The notes beneath the pieces are model-generated. The model was not told where the DNA came from. It did not search any database and saw nothing but the letters and a program-made list of their open reading frames with translations. From Haplodiscus bocki (taxonomy: Eukaryota), in contig OZ296654.1 of NCBI GenBank assembly GCA_965655095.1, forward strand, positions 15,934,001 through 15,998,000: a stretch of DNA of 64,000 nt, given 5' to 3'. Position numbers and translations under genes: made by a program. Shown in pieces: positions 26,276 to 40,860 of the stretch. Position 1 is the stretch's first letter; every line of letters starts with the position of its first letter.

Positions 26276-27049
26276 ACCTCTTCAGGAGTCACTTTCAAAA
26301 TCTTAAAGTACCGACAAATTTCAATGTCGAAAAATGTTTTAGGGACAAAATATGGTTAGAAATTTAACGCCTTGTAATGAAAGTTCCCGCTTGGGAATCC
26401 GAACACAACTTGAGACGTATCCCTAGTTCATAAATTGATTGTTTTAGGTCAATGCCTCTGAACAGTCCTACAATAGTTTGCTTTTTGATGAACAATTTCC
26501 TGAAACAAACAGTGCTCTTGATTTGTCTTTATAATTGGTTTTTCACTGATATGTCTGCGAAACTTTTAGGCAAGCGGAGCGAAACCATTCGCAGAAAGAC
26601 ACGTCTAAATTTTTCCGTTCGTGAAAACCCTTCGTGATCGACTTCAACAAAAAAAACCGATTTTTCCGATTTTTGCATCAACAATTCGACAACCTATCAA
26701 ATCCCAAAGTTTCGTCCGTTGATTTTTCCGACGAGTTATTTGCAAAAAAAGTTAGGATTGTGGGATATTGAAGAGGGCAAAGGCTATGCGAGTCTTGTCT
26801 TCACAGGAAGCTTCATTACGGGGTCAAGACATACATTTACTAGTACCCGAGGAAATCGCTTGCAAAAGCCGCGGAGTCTATTCCTGTCAAGAATTCCATT
26901 ATTAGTACTATCTACACTTTCCTAATTAAACTCTGGAGTCGCAAGCGAAATCTTCCCGGTTTCAATTTGAAGGCCGTGGATTCTGAACAGCTCTTTAAAT
27001 GCATGGAGTCGATTCCAGTGCAAAGGCTCAAAATTTGATTAGTACATTA

Positions 27050-29850
27050 TATTATTAATTATTGGAAGAAATTGAAAAAGAGTAAACGATATCTAATTAT
27101 AGTATTATTCTAATTATAATATTACTAGTTATCTCAAACAACAAACATCACTAATATTATGTTTTAAATATTTACGATATGTTCCACAATAAGTTGAAAA
27201 TAGATACGTTTTTAACTAATAGATGACTGAACAATCCTTCAAGTACTCTGCATCAAAAGTTTTGTCAAAAATTCTCTGCAAGACTTCACCGCCAACAATC
27301 GCCTACACTTGTAATCAAGGTTGGCCAGCAAGAATATATGGGTTTTAGGTTTAAGAAATGAAGGTTTCGGCGAAACTATAGCAAGTTTTCAGCAAATTAG
27401 TTAGTTTGTATCAATTGTTGATTTGGAGTCAATAGCGGTAAATTGGGAGAAGTGGCAATTTTTTTCCGGTTTTTCTAGATGGAATTTCAGCAAGAAAATT
27501 AAAGGAGCTGATTTTTTTTTCGAGTTTTCCGCTATTCCTCTGACAAATTAACGTCTTCCGTAGTATGATCTGAGGATGCTGAGTTCCTTCTCTCAGGCAC
27601 GGAATGAAGGAGAGCATGCTATGGCATGTTTCTGAAAGCCACAACACCTCTTGTTACAGGCAGTACTTTCAAAAAACTCCACTCGCAAAAAAAACAATTT
27701 CATATTCTCTTGTTTCCTGCTCTTGCTACATTTTGAACTCGCCTTAAGCTTCCTTAAATTAACAAAAAGGGTCCATGATTAGCCTCTAGGTAGAAACACT
27801 GCAGTTATATCAACCTTTACCAAGAGTTCATTGTGGGGATTGATTAACTTTTCCTGGTTTCCGGAGAGATAATTCACGATATATGACCGAAAACACGGTC
27901 CAAGTATTTCGGTATTCGCAGCTGTCAAAGCACATTTTGTAAGTGCAGAGATCTGATTCGGAAATCTTTTCTTGACAAAACAACATGCATGTTTTGACAA
28001 TTTTGATTTTAAGACTTCGAGGTTTCCAAACGTTATCCAGATTGATCATTTTGATAACAAGTTATGCGCTGTACCCTATGTACATACCTGAATACTGCGA
28101 TGTTAATTCAGGTTCTGCTAACCAGATGCTCAGTAATTTGTTTTCGGGAAGTATAAACGGTGAAAGGTTAAACGCAACAGATCAAGAGCTAGAGAAAAGC
28201 ACGAAATTTTCAATAGTACAAGGATGTCCCAGATTCTAGGTACACCGGTGGTTTCCTGATCCGCAGTCTGTCTGGATTCTGACGATCAGCTTCTTTCCTG
28301 AACGTCCATTCATTTTCTCTGATTTGTACATTTCATTTTCCCAGTGTTCGTGCAGCGTCCTTTTAAATTGTTCAAAAATCGCTGCATTACATCTTCAGCT
28401 AATGAGTTACAGTGGTCTATGGCTGCGAAGATGAGAACTCTATCTTAAATTGGTTGTTGACTCTCTAGCGCTGAGTTTGTATGGGTCTCCTGTGGTGTTT
28501 CCATGGTTCATTATCAACAGTCAATCAGTTGCAGCGCATTCATATAATTCGTTTTAAAATCTTGAATACTTCTATCATGCGTCCACGTCGCCTTCCGTAC
28601 TCTCGAGCGTGGAGTTTGAAATTTTTAAGTCACTCAAGTTTACTAAATTTTTGACGTTTGGAATAAGCGCGCTTGCTCCTCATTGCACGATCTCAGCAAA
28701 GTTGTCTTTTTGAGAGAAGGTTTCTATGTCTGATTGGCATCAACCAGTTGTGGCCTCACCAAAGCGTTGTGAAGGGTTTTCAGCATGCCCTTCGTAGTGT
28801 TTAAAAACTTTTCCCGGGTATTGCGACCTGGCTCTTCTGGGTTTCTTAGCTATATGCAGTTCCGGATCCAGAATTTGGCGTCGACTATTAATCCCAGATC
28901 AATCTGAATTTCTGCCCGGCTGAGCAGAGTTTTGCCCTTTCGGGAAGTTTCTGCTCAAGTTAGTCGTTCCTCCCAACAGTGAGTTTACGCCACCTTGATG
29001 CATTGAAATTGGTAGACTTACCCTCAGATCAGTTTGGGCGTTTTTCCCGATCGCTTTCTAATTTGTCGTGTTCTGCATTTGAAATGGTCGTGTGAATGTT
29101 TCAACCATCAGCGTGAGGGAGCATTTCTAATTTTAGAGGACCGATCCTTGTCGCACCCACTGATAGCAGGTGCCCATGAAGAGTATCTTACCTTCACAGT
29201 AACCCGTTGTTTCCAATTGAACAGAACCGCGGTGACCTAATCGAGTAATTTACCCTCGGTCCCATATCTAGATACTGGTTGAATCAGTCAGTTGTGAGCG
29301 ACACTGCCGAGGCCTTTTGGAAATCACGGCATATAGAGTCCAAGATGCCTTTATCAAATTCTGAGGCTCACTCATCTAGTGTTCTCATAAGCTCTAACAT
29401 AGTTGAGAGACCAGGTGCAAGTCAAAACTGTTGGTCTGATAGAAATTGGAATCGATCCATGAAGTCAAACATTTGTCTCTGAATCATGTTCTCCAAAAGT
29501 TAGCAACACACTGAGGTTAAAGTTATGTATCCTTCTTTCAGGTCAGGTGATTGGTTAATCACTGGAAAATGACAGTCTTGGCGAACGGACAAATACTTAG
29601 AAGCTTAGGTCACAACCCTGGTTTTTGTTATGTTAAAGCAGAAGCTATGGAATTATTAGTTGATTACTCTTATGAGCTCATTATTTTGTGCTCAGTTTTC
29701 TATACCATTAAACAATCATGACAAACAAACTGTTTGGATGATTCAAAGTTCATTATTGAATAGGTTAAAGAACTCGGAGCCTAAATTAAAATTCATCCGC
29801 CTTGATCTCAAGCATTCTGTTCCAGTAAATGACACTTAATCTCTTCAAAC
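27050..29850 (-). mobile_element. Highly decayed CR1/L2-like LINE (EN-RT)
   Basis: Relic motifs SLTTD*F (LTETW-like), TNFNA (GDFN-like), KMCFDS (KAFDS-like) and LPRG (VPQG-like) occur in the expected order. AT-rich tail near 27050-27130. Confidence 0.55.
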
Positions 29851-30649
29851 TTTTTCGGCCTGTTGAAAAATACCATCATGCGGTCTATATAAAAGAAAAA
29901 CAATCTCGATGCATATTTATATGACTGAAAAGCCCAATTTGAAAAAGTCGGGACACAAGGAGCCTGAAGAATTCCCAGATGAGCAAAAGAAATCCCTGAG
30001 GACTGATCTAAATTGAACAAGAGGAAGACAGCCAGCACCAGTGTTGAAGTTCACAATAGTTGTCAAGTGATCGTATTGTGAAGTAGCTGTTTGTGCTAGC
30101 CCAAAGTTGTTATTTTTGCTTGCCCAAAAATTTGCTACATTTATATTCTACATTATAGAGAAAACTGAAATCAGTTTTGAATATTGATGATTAAACAACA
30201 GAGGCGTGAGGTCAATCAAACAATGGTGGATCCTTGATCAGTCTCAAGATTAACTTGAAAAGAATGAAAAAGCTGGTTTTGTGAAAAGTTGCGTCGAACA
30301 AGTTCAATAGTGTTATTATCTACCAGAGTTACACACACCATCAGGGGCATTACCAATGATAATCAGCCATGGAATTGTTTGATTTCTTTCGAATATGAGA
30401 AGCATTTGGTTGGAAAAAACGGAAGCGACGACCCAATCTTTCATCGAGATCATCGAGATTGGGTAGGGCAGCAATGTGTTCATCTGGAGCGTGAACGGTT
30501 GCTTCAACAACGAGCTTTTGATTAGCAGCGCTTACTACATTTGGGAAAAGTCAATCAGCAAGATCATATGTGTTAAGCAAACATGAAAAGTAAACGTAGC
30601 ATGGTTGAAACAACAAAAACAATAGCAGTCAAGGCGAATGAAATTTGGG

Positions 30650-33300
30650 GAATTACTTATTGGTCAAATTCGCGAGTGGGGAGGATTTAAGAAGTTTCAT
30701 GTCGCTTGGAACAGGACGCGTTAATTCAACTAATTGGTTGCCTTCACGGACTGACGGAAAATGTAACAGTTACTTCTCATATCTTCACTTCTGCTTGTGC
30801 TTTCAAATCATAGAGCTGTATTTCATCAAGAGGAGGAATCGCACAATGAGTGATGCTAGTGAACTTTGCAATCAAACATGCAACTCGATCGCACAAATTT
30901 GAGGGCAATTTGCTGAGTCTGATCTGCGCTGGATGTTTTTCGTCGTTATTTGCGAACCACATTCAAGTGTGATAACGCTAATGCCACAACCGGAAAACGA
31001 TTGCGTTTTGGATGATGATGTTGCATGAGTTTCAGGAGAAATGAAGTCGTCCGAGGCGGATGTTATCAGCCAAATTCCAAAACCTAAATTTCTAACCTGT
31101 TCAGTAGATGGTAAAAGAACAACAGAACTATCACAAACTGAAAGAGCATCAATCGAAGAGTCAAAAAACAAGGTCGCGAGTGTTTTTAGGCATGCTCAGT
31201 GTCCTATTTCTGTCGAAAAAAATTCAGTACTTGCATAGATAAAACAGAAGATTCCGTTAGGTCATTATAGATAGTTGAGTATGGAGCTGCAACATTCCAT
31301 GTAAGAGCTGACTCAGGATAATCTGGATAAAGCAACGAAAGCAATTTGGCCGGAAAAAAGTGAAAACTGTTTTTCGAGGAGCCAGCAGTATGTAAAGGGT
31401 CAACAAGAGTCCTTCAGTACCGTGATAGCATCGTTCAGCAAATGGGATTCATGATATGACAAAAGGTCTGTCAAGAGAATAGCTAGAGAAAGGCGATCTG
31501 CGGCTTTACTCTGTTGCATCGCTACATTTTCCAAGATTACTAAGAGTGTATCCATAGGAATTAGAGGCAACGGTAAATGACCTGTCAAAAAACAGCGCTT
31601 GAATTCAGAATATTCATGCGGAGAGCAAACACAGCTGACCAATAGCAAACCTATAACAGCACGAATCAAGCTGAGGAGAGATAACGAATTGTCGAAGTGG
31701 AAATTAAAATGTCGATTCGAAAAAATATTCAATTACAATCGCAAAGGATAGGAAAACTGTTCTCAAACACGTTGGAAGGTTCCTGAATGATGGCCAAACT
31801 ACCATTTTGCGTAGAGGCCATTTGGGGTTGGATTGCGTTTAGTGCAGCCAGTTCGTTTCTTCGCCGAGAGTTGAAAACTAAGTAGTATATTGCGTTAAGA
31901 AGTCTTGGTAGTCTGAGAGGCTGCGGATCTTCGCCGCATTCGCTTTTCTTTCGTCTTGGCATCCACCAAAAATTGCTCCAAGGCTAAAGAGTCAGAATTG
32001 TTGATGGCAACACGGCTCGGTCGACGTGGTGTGGGTTGCGACTCGAAACGAGGTCGCAAAAAGAATGATGTCTCATTCCCAATCGTGGCGAGATCCTTTT
32101 GTGATTCGCGAATTCCATGATCAAATTGAGACAGCATAAAGTTAGCATTGAAACTAAAAGAATTGGAAACATGACTAGAAGAACTAAATGGGAAACTAGA
32201 AAAAGCAAGTCCCATATTGATCATAATCGATGAATTTGCTATTCAATGACCGGTTTCATGCCAAAAGCATACGTGAAAATTGCACAAAAAGTCCACGTGA
32301 ATGAACTTTTTAGTTGACAAGATTTTATTCTGTTCAATAACCAGGATTCCTCACCCACGTAAACCGTTACGGTGGTTCGACGGGTTAACTGTTAGAAGCT
32401 CAAAAACTTCGGACAAAAAGCAGGAGTGAAAATCAGAAGTGAAGGAAGAAGCATATTGGCGAACTTCAAGGGTGATAAAGTTTCAAACCTGCTTCAGCTT
32501 GAGTTGAGCAAAAAGCAAATACGATACGAAAAGTGAGCAAAAGCCGTTGCGAACCGTCAAGGTAGTCAGAGAAGTCATCTGTTAGCGCTGTTGTCAAAGT
32601 TTGAGGGTTTAAAAATTTGAATGAACAATTTGTGACATTTGAATTCAATTTGGTCAAACGGCTTCAGAATGTCACGTTTAATTAGAAAACTGCGGTGCGA
32701 ACGTTCCAAAATAAAGAGGCCAAATTAGAAGGCTCATTGAATTTGACCTTGAAAACAAAAAGGAGATGGAACTGCAAGTTCTTTTGTTGGGCGTTTTTAC
32801 GCAACGGTTCACGGTGCAGATTTCTGTTGTGTTTTTTCGGTGAGGTCTAAGAAGAACATCGAGTCTTTCAGGCATGGTCGCTGTTTTGGCCTCACTTGTC
32901 CAGGCCTGTCAAGAAAAGTCGAGGCGAGGCAACGTGTATTGTAATGCCTCAATGAAGCTTCTGTCCCAGGCAGAAAGGGACAATGGATTTGGGTCGAAAA
33001 CGGCCCTGCATTTGTGGCGCTTTTGAATTGAAAGTACCAGGAAAAGATATATCAACAATGACTTTAGTCGCCATCATTCTGGGCACCATTGCGTGTGTGT
33101 CCTGTCACGTCCACAAAGCAATTCCCTATGTGGTCTAGAGAATCTTCCGATAGTTTTGGTACAGCAATTTCAAAGAAAAGTAAGTAGCAGTGTAGAGCAG
33201 GAAAGTCACAAACAACTAAGGAAGAACAAAAACGGAAAATCAAAGGTACTGTAGTTGGTCGGATAGATAAGTGTGTTCTTTCATCTGTTCGCGTTTTGCT
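30650..33300 (-). mobile_element. env: Decayed gypsy remnant with an F-like env (env ~30650-32230)
   Basis: LPLIPMDTLLVILENVAMQQSKAADRLSLAI and LLPSTEQVRNLGFGIWLITSAS align with env 40141-40824. A basic RMRRR cleavage-like site sits near 31930. A weak integrase-like relic lies near 33100. Confidence 0.7.
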
Positions 33301-33999
33301 CTTTGTTTTGAAACTGAAATGTTCGCTTTACGAAAACCAGTGCCAAAGAGAATAGCTTCTACACATCCTTACTATTTTTCAGGCCGTCCTTTATTTTGTT
33401 TCCTTCGAGAGTGAAAATTTCAAAGCTTGCATTACTGGGCGAAGAGAGGTCTGATAAAATAAACGTTGTTGGAATTTGAATTCACTTGGGAGACACTGAT
33501 TGACTTCGGTGGCTCCCGAAAGTTCTTGATAGGAGTACAGCGAGGCACTTTGAAAGTATTCAGGAATTTTAGCTTGAGTTTAGAAAATTGAACAAGTCCT
33601 CTAAGGCCGTGAGAACGAGTAGCAGCAAAGTCACTTCAATGAACCAACGTCCTAAACTCGAAGCATTGAGGATTTCCATCCAAAGTTGCGGAATGTCGCC
33701 ATCATGGAGAGTCATCGTAATATTATTTTCCTCATCATCTTTAATACGAATTACTTCAAGTTTTTACGATTTTTCACGGAAGTCCAATGGAAACTAGTAG
33801 CGAATTCCGAATAATCGACCAACGTGAAAAGTTAATCAATGTGAAAAACAAAACACCAATGAGCATTTCGAATGAGAAAATAATGAAGGAGGAGAAACGA
33901 CTCGAGGAATTATGCTAAGTTGTCAATGACTGCAATGTCCGAAGAGTTTATAAATAAAATTGAAGGAGTCGAACTTCAGACAATCTACAGCGCACTGAA

Positions 34000-36900
34000 G
34001 GATAAAAAAAAGGTCAGAGGACACCGCAGGTTCCATGAGCGGAAACGGAAGAGTAGTCGAGATCCATCAAATAGATCCTTTCAGCGAACAGAACTGCTCT
34101 GTGTGCGCTAAAAAAAGGAATGTATACTGAAATATGAATGGTTTCGTTCGAAAAAGAAAAACCTTTTTCGGAAGTAAAATGGAGCCTTTGATGTATAAAG
34201 CGATTATCAAGATGGCAACGGAAGTCTAAACAGATCTTACTGTTCTGAAAAAAGGGATTATTGGACGAAGCAACTAATGTTAACTGTAGAACAGGATTGG
34301 TTAATGAATGATGGATATAAGGTGCCGACGCAGCACCAAGGTGAACAGAGCATACAATCCACACATTCACGAAAAAACGAGCATCTCACAGATCTGGTGA
34401 GGTTAGGAGGAGCAATGAGTCGACGCGGGTTTATACCCAAATTCACTGGAGAGCTGGAAGCGGTGTGCATTATGTTAATAATTTAAGGTTGTTCATGGTG
34501 TTATTGTCAGGAGCATATAAGTGGACATGTATGAATTCGATTTCAAAACGTATGTAAGCAATTGTTGAAATTGCTTCCGGAGCTATCGCCAAGGTAATTC
34601 ATGGGATACAGTCTCCCATGTTGCAAGGTGTCAAGGAAGCAAAACTGAACTGGATTAGAAATTGGAAGTTTCTACGCAATTCGGATGGAGACGACTTTAT
34701 TGGCTTAAAAGCGTAAGCGAACCCCAGAGCAATTGATTGTGAATGAAAACTCGCTGAAGTAGCTGGACTTGGTTGATTCTCCAGTCTAAAATTCCTTCGA
34801 GTGAGGAAAAGTGGTTAGAAAATCTCATGAACAGAGTAACAAAAATTTTGGTGTTTAAACCAGAAAAAAGTACAGTTGATAATGATCTCAAAAAGAAAAC
34901 GGAGATTCGCTTCGCCAATTGAGAAAAGCAGTAGGAAAGCGTATGAGGGAGTCTCGACTCGAGGGATACCGGAGGAAAGTGTTAGGATCATCGGCTAACG
35001 AGTGGCAGATGGAAAGGGACTGCGGAAGATGTGAGGGTCGGAACCATGGGTAAGATTCTTTAGATATTATGTAAAAAGGAAAACAAAAAAAATGGTATAC
35101 TGTAATGCAAATGCTTGGAACATCCTGCTGGTTACCATGAGACATCGTAGCGTATTGGCAATACGAAAATGGGAGAGGATGGTTACCCTACCCAGGTAGC
35201 TTTCCTTTTTATTGCATACATCCGAAAAACGCACAAAGTTCCATTGGGAGTCGATCAAAGGATGGCTCGTCGAAAGGTGAGAATATATTCTTGGGAAAAT
35301 ATGCGCGCTCCACCGCTTCCAGCAGGTGTCACCGGTGTTTAAAGAGTCAAAGATAGCAAGAACGCCAGGAGGTCTATGACGTGAGCTAATCACTCGTGTT
35401 AATTAGCCGTGACGCAACATATAAACCAGGAGCAACCTCATGCTCGATGACCAAAAAAAGCAGGACTGCATTGGCAAGGAGCATCACAATACATCATTTC
35501 AACCTTGATTTCGGTGAGCAAACTTGAGAAAACTGGGTATTTTTCGGCAAAAATTAGGTTTTTGATCAAAAAAAGCAAAGTAAAAGGTTGAAAGGAAGAA
35601 GTAAATGATGCCAAAGGACAGCTTATAAACCGAACGGTCCACAAAAAATATTTCACGTACTTAGAGGAAAGAAAATTCAGTGCTGGAGTCAAAATGAAGA
35701 CGTGAAAATCCGGAAGATCACCGATGGGTTAAATGTGAAAAAACAGGAATCTAAGCTGTGGAATCGAATCAGGAGGGCATTGAAACCCCAGAGACCGACG
35801 GATAGGTCGAAAAAACTAGATGACCTTGAAAAAGTGCTCGAAGGTTAGGCAGATATGTGAAACTATTTGGCACATTTAAGTGAGTTTGTGCAGCGGAAAA
35901 GGGTTGTTGCCAGCAGGAAAGGCTGTCGACTGCTGAAGTGGGATGCCATGATACCGGATAGTCTCGAAAATTGTGATTGTCAACATTGATCGCGTACAAA
36001 ACGAAAGAAAACGTAACGTAATCGATCATAGCCACATCCAAGCTTAGTAATTGCAATTTCAAGAAAATTATGCCGTTTCGAGTGTTGTTTTAATGCCTGG
36101 AGGCTGAATTGGAGCGTTCCATAGGTATGTCTATGGAAATAGCGTCTTTTTTATTATAGATACAGCGATTGTCGTTGATCAATGTAAGTTACTAGAGATA
36201 CAGGTGGGAAGTTATTCAAGGACGTTTTGCGCAATTTGTAAAGTTCAAGATAGCACCAAGCTATCGCAGGTGCTGAAACCTTCCCCATCGCGAAAACCGA
36301 GAGCATACAGTGTACTATGCATTTACCAGCTGTTAAGATATTAGATTGCGAAAAGCAATAATTCGGCTGAATACCAGTATTAATGAAAGCATTTACATCA
36401 TTCAAAGATGATAAGTTTCTTCAAAATCTTCAAAGAGTAGAGAGATTTGATTTCTTTTGTCTATCTTAATATACAGGTAGAGTCTGCTGCTGTAAAGTAT
36501 GACTAAAAAGTTTCCGTTTGGAAACAGTTGTCCAACTACATGGACCTTCTGAAGTCAAGTGACTCAATGTTGCCTGACATTTGTCAGCCTGAGCTTCATA
36601 TAATCAGCTCTGGGCGGCACTAGAAACCTGTGGCAAGCTGGTAGACAGTGGGAGCGTTCCCTTTCAATTTTCTAAATAAGTAAGTGGGTGGTGTTCTCAA
36701 TTTGCGCAGCGGAGGCGACTGCTCAGTGAGTATGGCCTCTGCCGGGAGCCTTTGCTTAGCCACTTCATCTTCTCTTGGGTTGAGCACCTCCATAGGTGCT
36801 GGGGACGCTGCCAGAGAATGTAGGGGCAGAGGAGTCGGCTCAGCTGCCAGCCCGACTGCTACGTGCACTGGAACGATCGGAGAGCGAATAGACAGTGACA

Positions 36901-38050
36901 AGTGGTGGATTTTCCCACTCTGATTACCAAGTTATATATCCTTATTTCAGGTGTTGATTGGTTTTATCACTGGAAGATGACAGTTTTGGCGAGCGTACAA
37001 GTACTTCGGTGGCTGGGTCACAAAACTGGTTTCTAATCAGTTAGAAGACAAACCATGCAATTGTTAGTTCACTACTCTTCTGAGCTCGTTATTTCATGCT
37101 GTTTTCTTCCCCATTCAACAAGTACGTTGAACAAATCATTCAAATTATTCAAAGTTCATCATCAAACAGTTTTAGGGTCAAAGAATGCGGAGTCCCATTT
37201 CATCTGTCCTACACTGAAGTATTTTGTTTCAGTACATGAGAGTTAATCTCACAGGTGTTATTGTTCGGATCAGATCGATTTTTTTGTGTATCGCTATATT
37301 AGCACTCTTCCAATCTTCGGGGATGCCACGGTTTTCCCACAACTGCTGGAGAATTGGCTCACAGTTGTACTTATTTCATTTGTTTCGTACAGAATCCAAG
37401 GGTTTAGGTTACTTGGTCACATTGACTTAATGACAACCAATTTTTCCAGCTCATTCAGGGTTTCCTGTTCCGTGACAAAATAAGTGAGATCTGCAGCTTT
37501 TGAAGACATTGTAAACGCCAGGTGTTTCCCCTGATACCGCTGACCTGAAAGTTCAAGCTTCGGCTCCTTCAATGTTGTTTCACATGTGCCGTTGCTAAGG
37601 TTGTTCCGGCTGATTTGTTTTTTTTTATGTGGTTCCAGAACTTGAACTTCTTTTGGTTTAAACTCAAATAAACTCGATATTCATCTTCGAGCTTCAAGCT
37701 GCGTTCTCGTGTTAGTTCCCTCACGTTGTTTCTGAATTCACAAAATCTCTGATAGTTTTGTAGCGTCTTCTTTTTGTCGAAGATTTATCACCTCTTGAAT
37801 TAGGGGCATCTTTGCCCAAAGGTTTGCGGCGAACGTGTCAGTAGCCGATGTATCACAATATTCGTGATCGATTTTTCCTTTGCAGTTAGCAATCTTCGTT
37901 TGAAGTTGTTCCAGTTTTCTTATTCTGTGGTTGACTCGTCGAAGAGAAGGCTCGGTTTTATCTCAGCCTAAAGATCAGAGTAGTTTCTTGGCGGTGGTGT
38001 AACCGCTTGTTGCTCGAGTCAGAGAACATATGCTGAATATTTCTCGAAGT
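34000..38050 (-). mobile_element. Second highly decayed CR1-like LINE, including a probable ORF1 region
   Basis: 36933-37250 is a diverged copy of 29525-29840. NHNFRDYPVSW is GDFN.P.I.W-like (35769-36062). Boundaries are uncertain. Confidence 0.45.
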
Positions 38051-38356
38051 AAAGTGTGATGGCCCTGCCTCACACGTTATTTGTACTTGACGAATGAGAG
38101 CTCCAAAGACTTATCAGTTAGTACCAGGTCCAAGATTGAGTGGTTGCCATTTTTGGTACTCTACGCTGGTGACCAACTTCCGAAAACAATGGAAAAGGCC
38201 AAACATAAGATTCAAGCTTGGCACTTATCGGTACGATTCCGAAACGGGAAAAATCAATAACACCGGCTTGGTTCAATCGACGCCTTCTCTGGAACATCAT
38301 CCTGTAATGCCAAACATTGCCCTCCGCAAAAGCGTGAAATTACTCTCGTTCAGTGC

Positions 38357-38872
38357 TATAAGATCGTACGTCGTCCTCTGAATTTAGAGTTTCCAAGCCT
38401 GAGCGGCCAAATAGTATTCCAAAGATTTTCAGGTAGAAAACGTTCAACTTTGGATGCGGGGTTCCGAGGTTAGACTTGCTACACAAGTGATATAGTCTTC
38501 AACTGTTGAAGCTATAGAAGAATCGGCTATAGAAGCTATAGAAGCTATAGAAGAGTTTGCAGATTATTTAATTCAACTTCACTCTGCTAGGTCGCAGCTT
38601 CTCGTGTATCAAATTTTATATGTACTGAGGTAAACACTAGAAGATGATATTAATCTTTGGGTATTTCCGTTATTTGAGATATTCATCTAAACTAAGCACC
38701 TTTCTGGCTCTAAGATAAGTTCTAAAGTTCGAAGTTCACTGGAAGAATGTGGCGTCATTCAATGATTGAAGGACGATTGAGTGATTAGGGGATTAGGAGT
38801 TTTGAGTTTAAACTGGCGTTCTTCTCGTATGAGCTTTGCTTTAGCATTCCGATCGTGATATGGAATGTTACG
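38357..38872 (-). repeat. 3' LTR
   Basis: tataagatcg...ggaatgttacg is colinear with 55368-55856 and contains an extra gctatagaa 9-mer expansion at ~38510-38552. Confidence 0.9.
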
Positions 38873-39559
38873 CTACCCGTCTTGCTGTCACATCGCCGCT
38901 GGTTACATCATGAAGAAGGCGAAGGAGAAGTTCATCTGCACCGGAAGAAACCAACCAAAAATGCATTAGTAAATTTCCACACTCCAGAGCCAAAAAGGTG
39001 TAGTCAATTACAGTATACTGTTTCCAAAATGTTATATTCAAAATAGTAGAACCTCAACCAATGCAGGAAGAAAAGAGTTTCGTATTCTGTTGAAATCCCA
39101 TCCAATGTATGAACTGAAGAATATTCATTATTCGAAGCATAAGTTGTATTCAAGGTAGCAACCAGAATAGTTGAAGTGTATATTGAAAACGATGTCGAGC
39201 CAGGGAAGTCGTCCAGAATGAATGTTATAAAAATTGCCAGCACACAGTCGTCCAGTCCCAGAGAGCTTTGTTTATATGTCACAATTTTATTTGCACCACA
39301 GTTCAAGTGAATAATAATGATATCAGTTATAGATTAGATGAAGTCATTCAAAATGATCCGATCGAACTTTAAAAGAGCAATGATCCCTTTTCCACGGTTC
39401 GAGAAAAGACTTTCAGTATACAACATTCATTCGACTCCAAGGTCACCATCTGACTGTTCAGGCACATCAGCTGCCCGATAGTTGAATCACATATCCGCTC
39501 TAAGACGAGCAGAAGCATGCGGCATCGTGCGTTTAATTGTTTCAGTCGCTGCATAGGTT

Positions 39560-40860
39560 GCGCTTTTATTGAGAGTTTGTGTGGAAAGAGATATGGTCCG
39601 GACCAACAGAGTATTCACGGGGCGCGATGTCTACAACGGCTAGTTGAGTTTCGTTTGTCTGTGCGAGGTCAACAGCTGTGCGTGGTTTTTTCTGACAGAA
39701 TACTCCGAATGAAAGAGGAGTCGCATTGTTGCTGTGCTTGCATCTATGATATATCCAAACAACGGTCATAAGAAGTAACATTGATCCAGCAAATGATATC
39801 AAGCTCATCACGAGAGAGTGCCAAATAAAGATGTAAACCAAATTCCCTTGAAAACGATGGACGCAATTGCGTCAATTTTGTCGCAATCGGGAGTGCAATA
39901 TCCAAGAGTTTTTTTCGGATCGGGCATTTTAGAACTGTCGAGTAGCGTTTCTCGAAATTGTTTCAACATTGCTACTCCTGATTCTGTAGAATAATAAAGC
40001 ATATCATCAATTTCAGGAAATTCGCTCCACAATTCCTGTAGTGGGTCAGGAAATTTAACACTTACTTTTATCGCTGGAATCTCTTCGCAAGTGCTGAGGT
40101 CTGATCTAATCTTTATATGGTCTACCGATATTTGTTTACCTCATTTCAATGTAATGATGCAAATTAACCATCCCGGACATTTTACTATAGCTGATGATGT
40201 AGTTGACTCTGTGTCTGATTCAAATAAGGTGTAAACAGTAGTAACGGAAGTTATAAGCCAAACTCCATAACCTAAGTTTTCTGTTTTTTCCGTCGCCGGC
40301 AGTACTATCTGCTCAGTTTTACAAACTTGACACGCTGCCACACTATCTTTGAAGTAAAGCGTCGCCAAACAGGAAACATGGCCTGTTTCTGTAGCAATCA
40401 TGTCTAGGCATATTTGACAACGTGACGATCCAATGCATCTACCAAGATCATATTCAGTCAAAAATGCAGTTTCTTTATCTTCGGATATCGCTAAGTAAGG
40501 CGCTTCTAATTTCCATTTAATTGCCAAATCTGGTTCTGGTGTAGGCATAGGTACTGCAATAGCGCGGAATACCGTGAACGCTGAATCTTTCGTTGCTAGT
40601 GGAATTGCAATGCGCATGATGAGTCCTTGTTCAACCACTGAAACGTCTCTAATTAATTGCGACTCGTAATCAGCAATAATTTCATCAATTGGGATGGCTG
40701 ATGAGAGTCGATGTGATTTTCTCCATTGTTCCAAAGCAACGTCGTCTAAGATAACTAAAAGTGGTTCTCTCGGAACAAGCGATATAGGCCAACAAATGTT
40801 CAGAAGTGGTCCTATCGATTTCATCAGATTGATTTTGTACGTGTAAAGAGCGCCTAACTT
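39560..40860 (-). pseudogene. env: env (class I F-protein-like), C-terminal half with TM anchor
   Basis: Cys-rich ectodomain (ISLVP..LLVIL, PYLAISED, LGRCIGSSRCQIC, SCLATLYF) followed by a hydrophobic anchor (LISFAGSMLLLMTVVWIY). The N-terminal half is absent. Confidence 0.75.
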
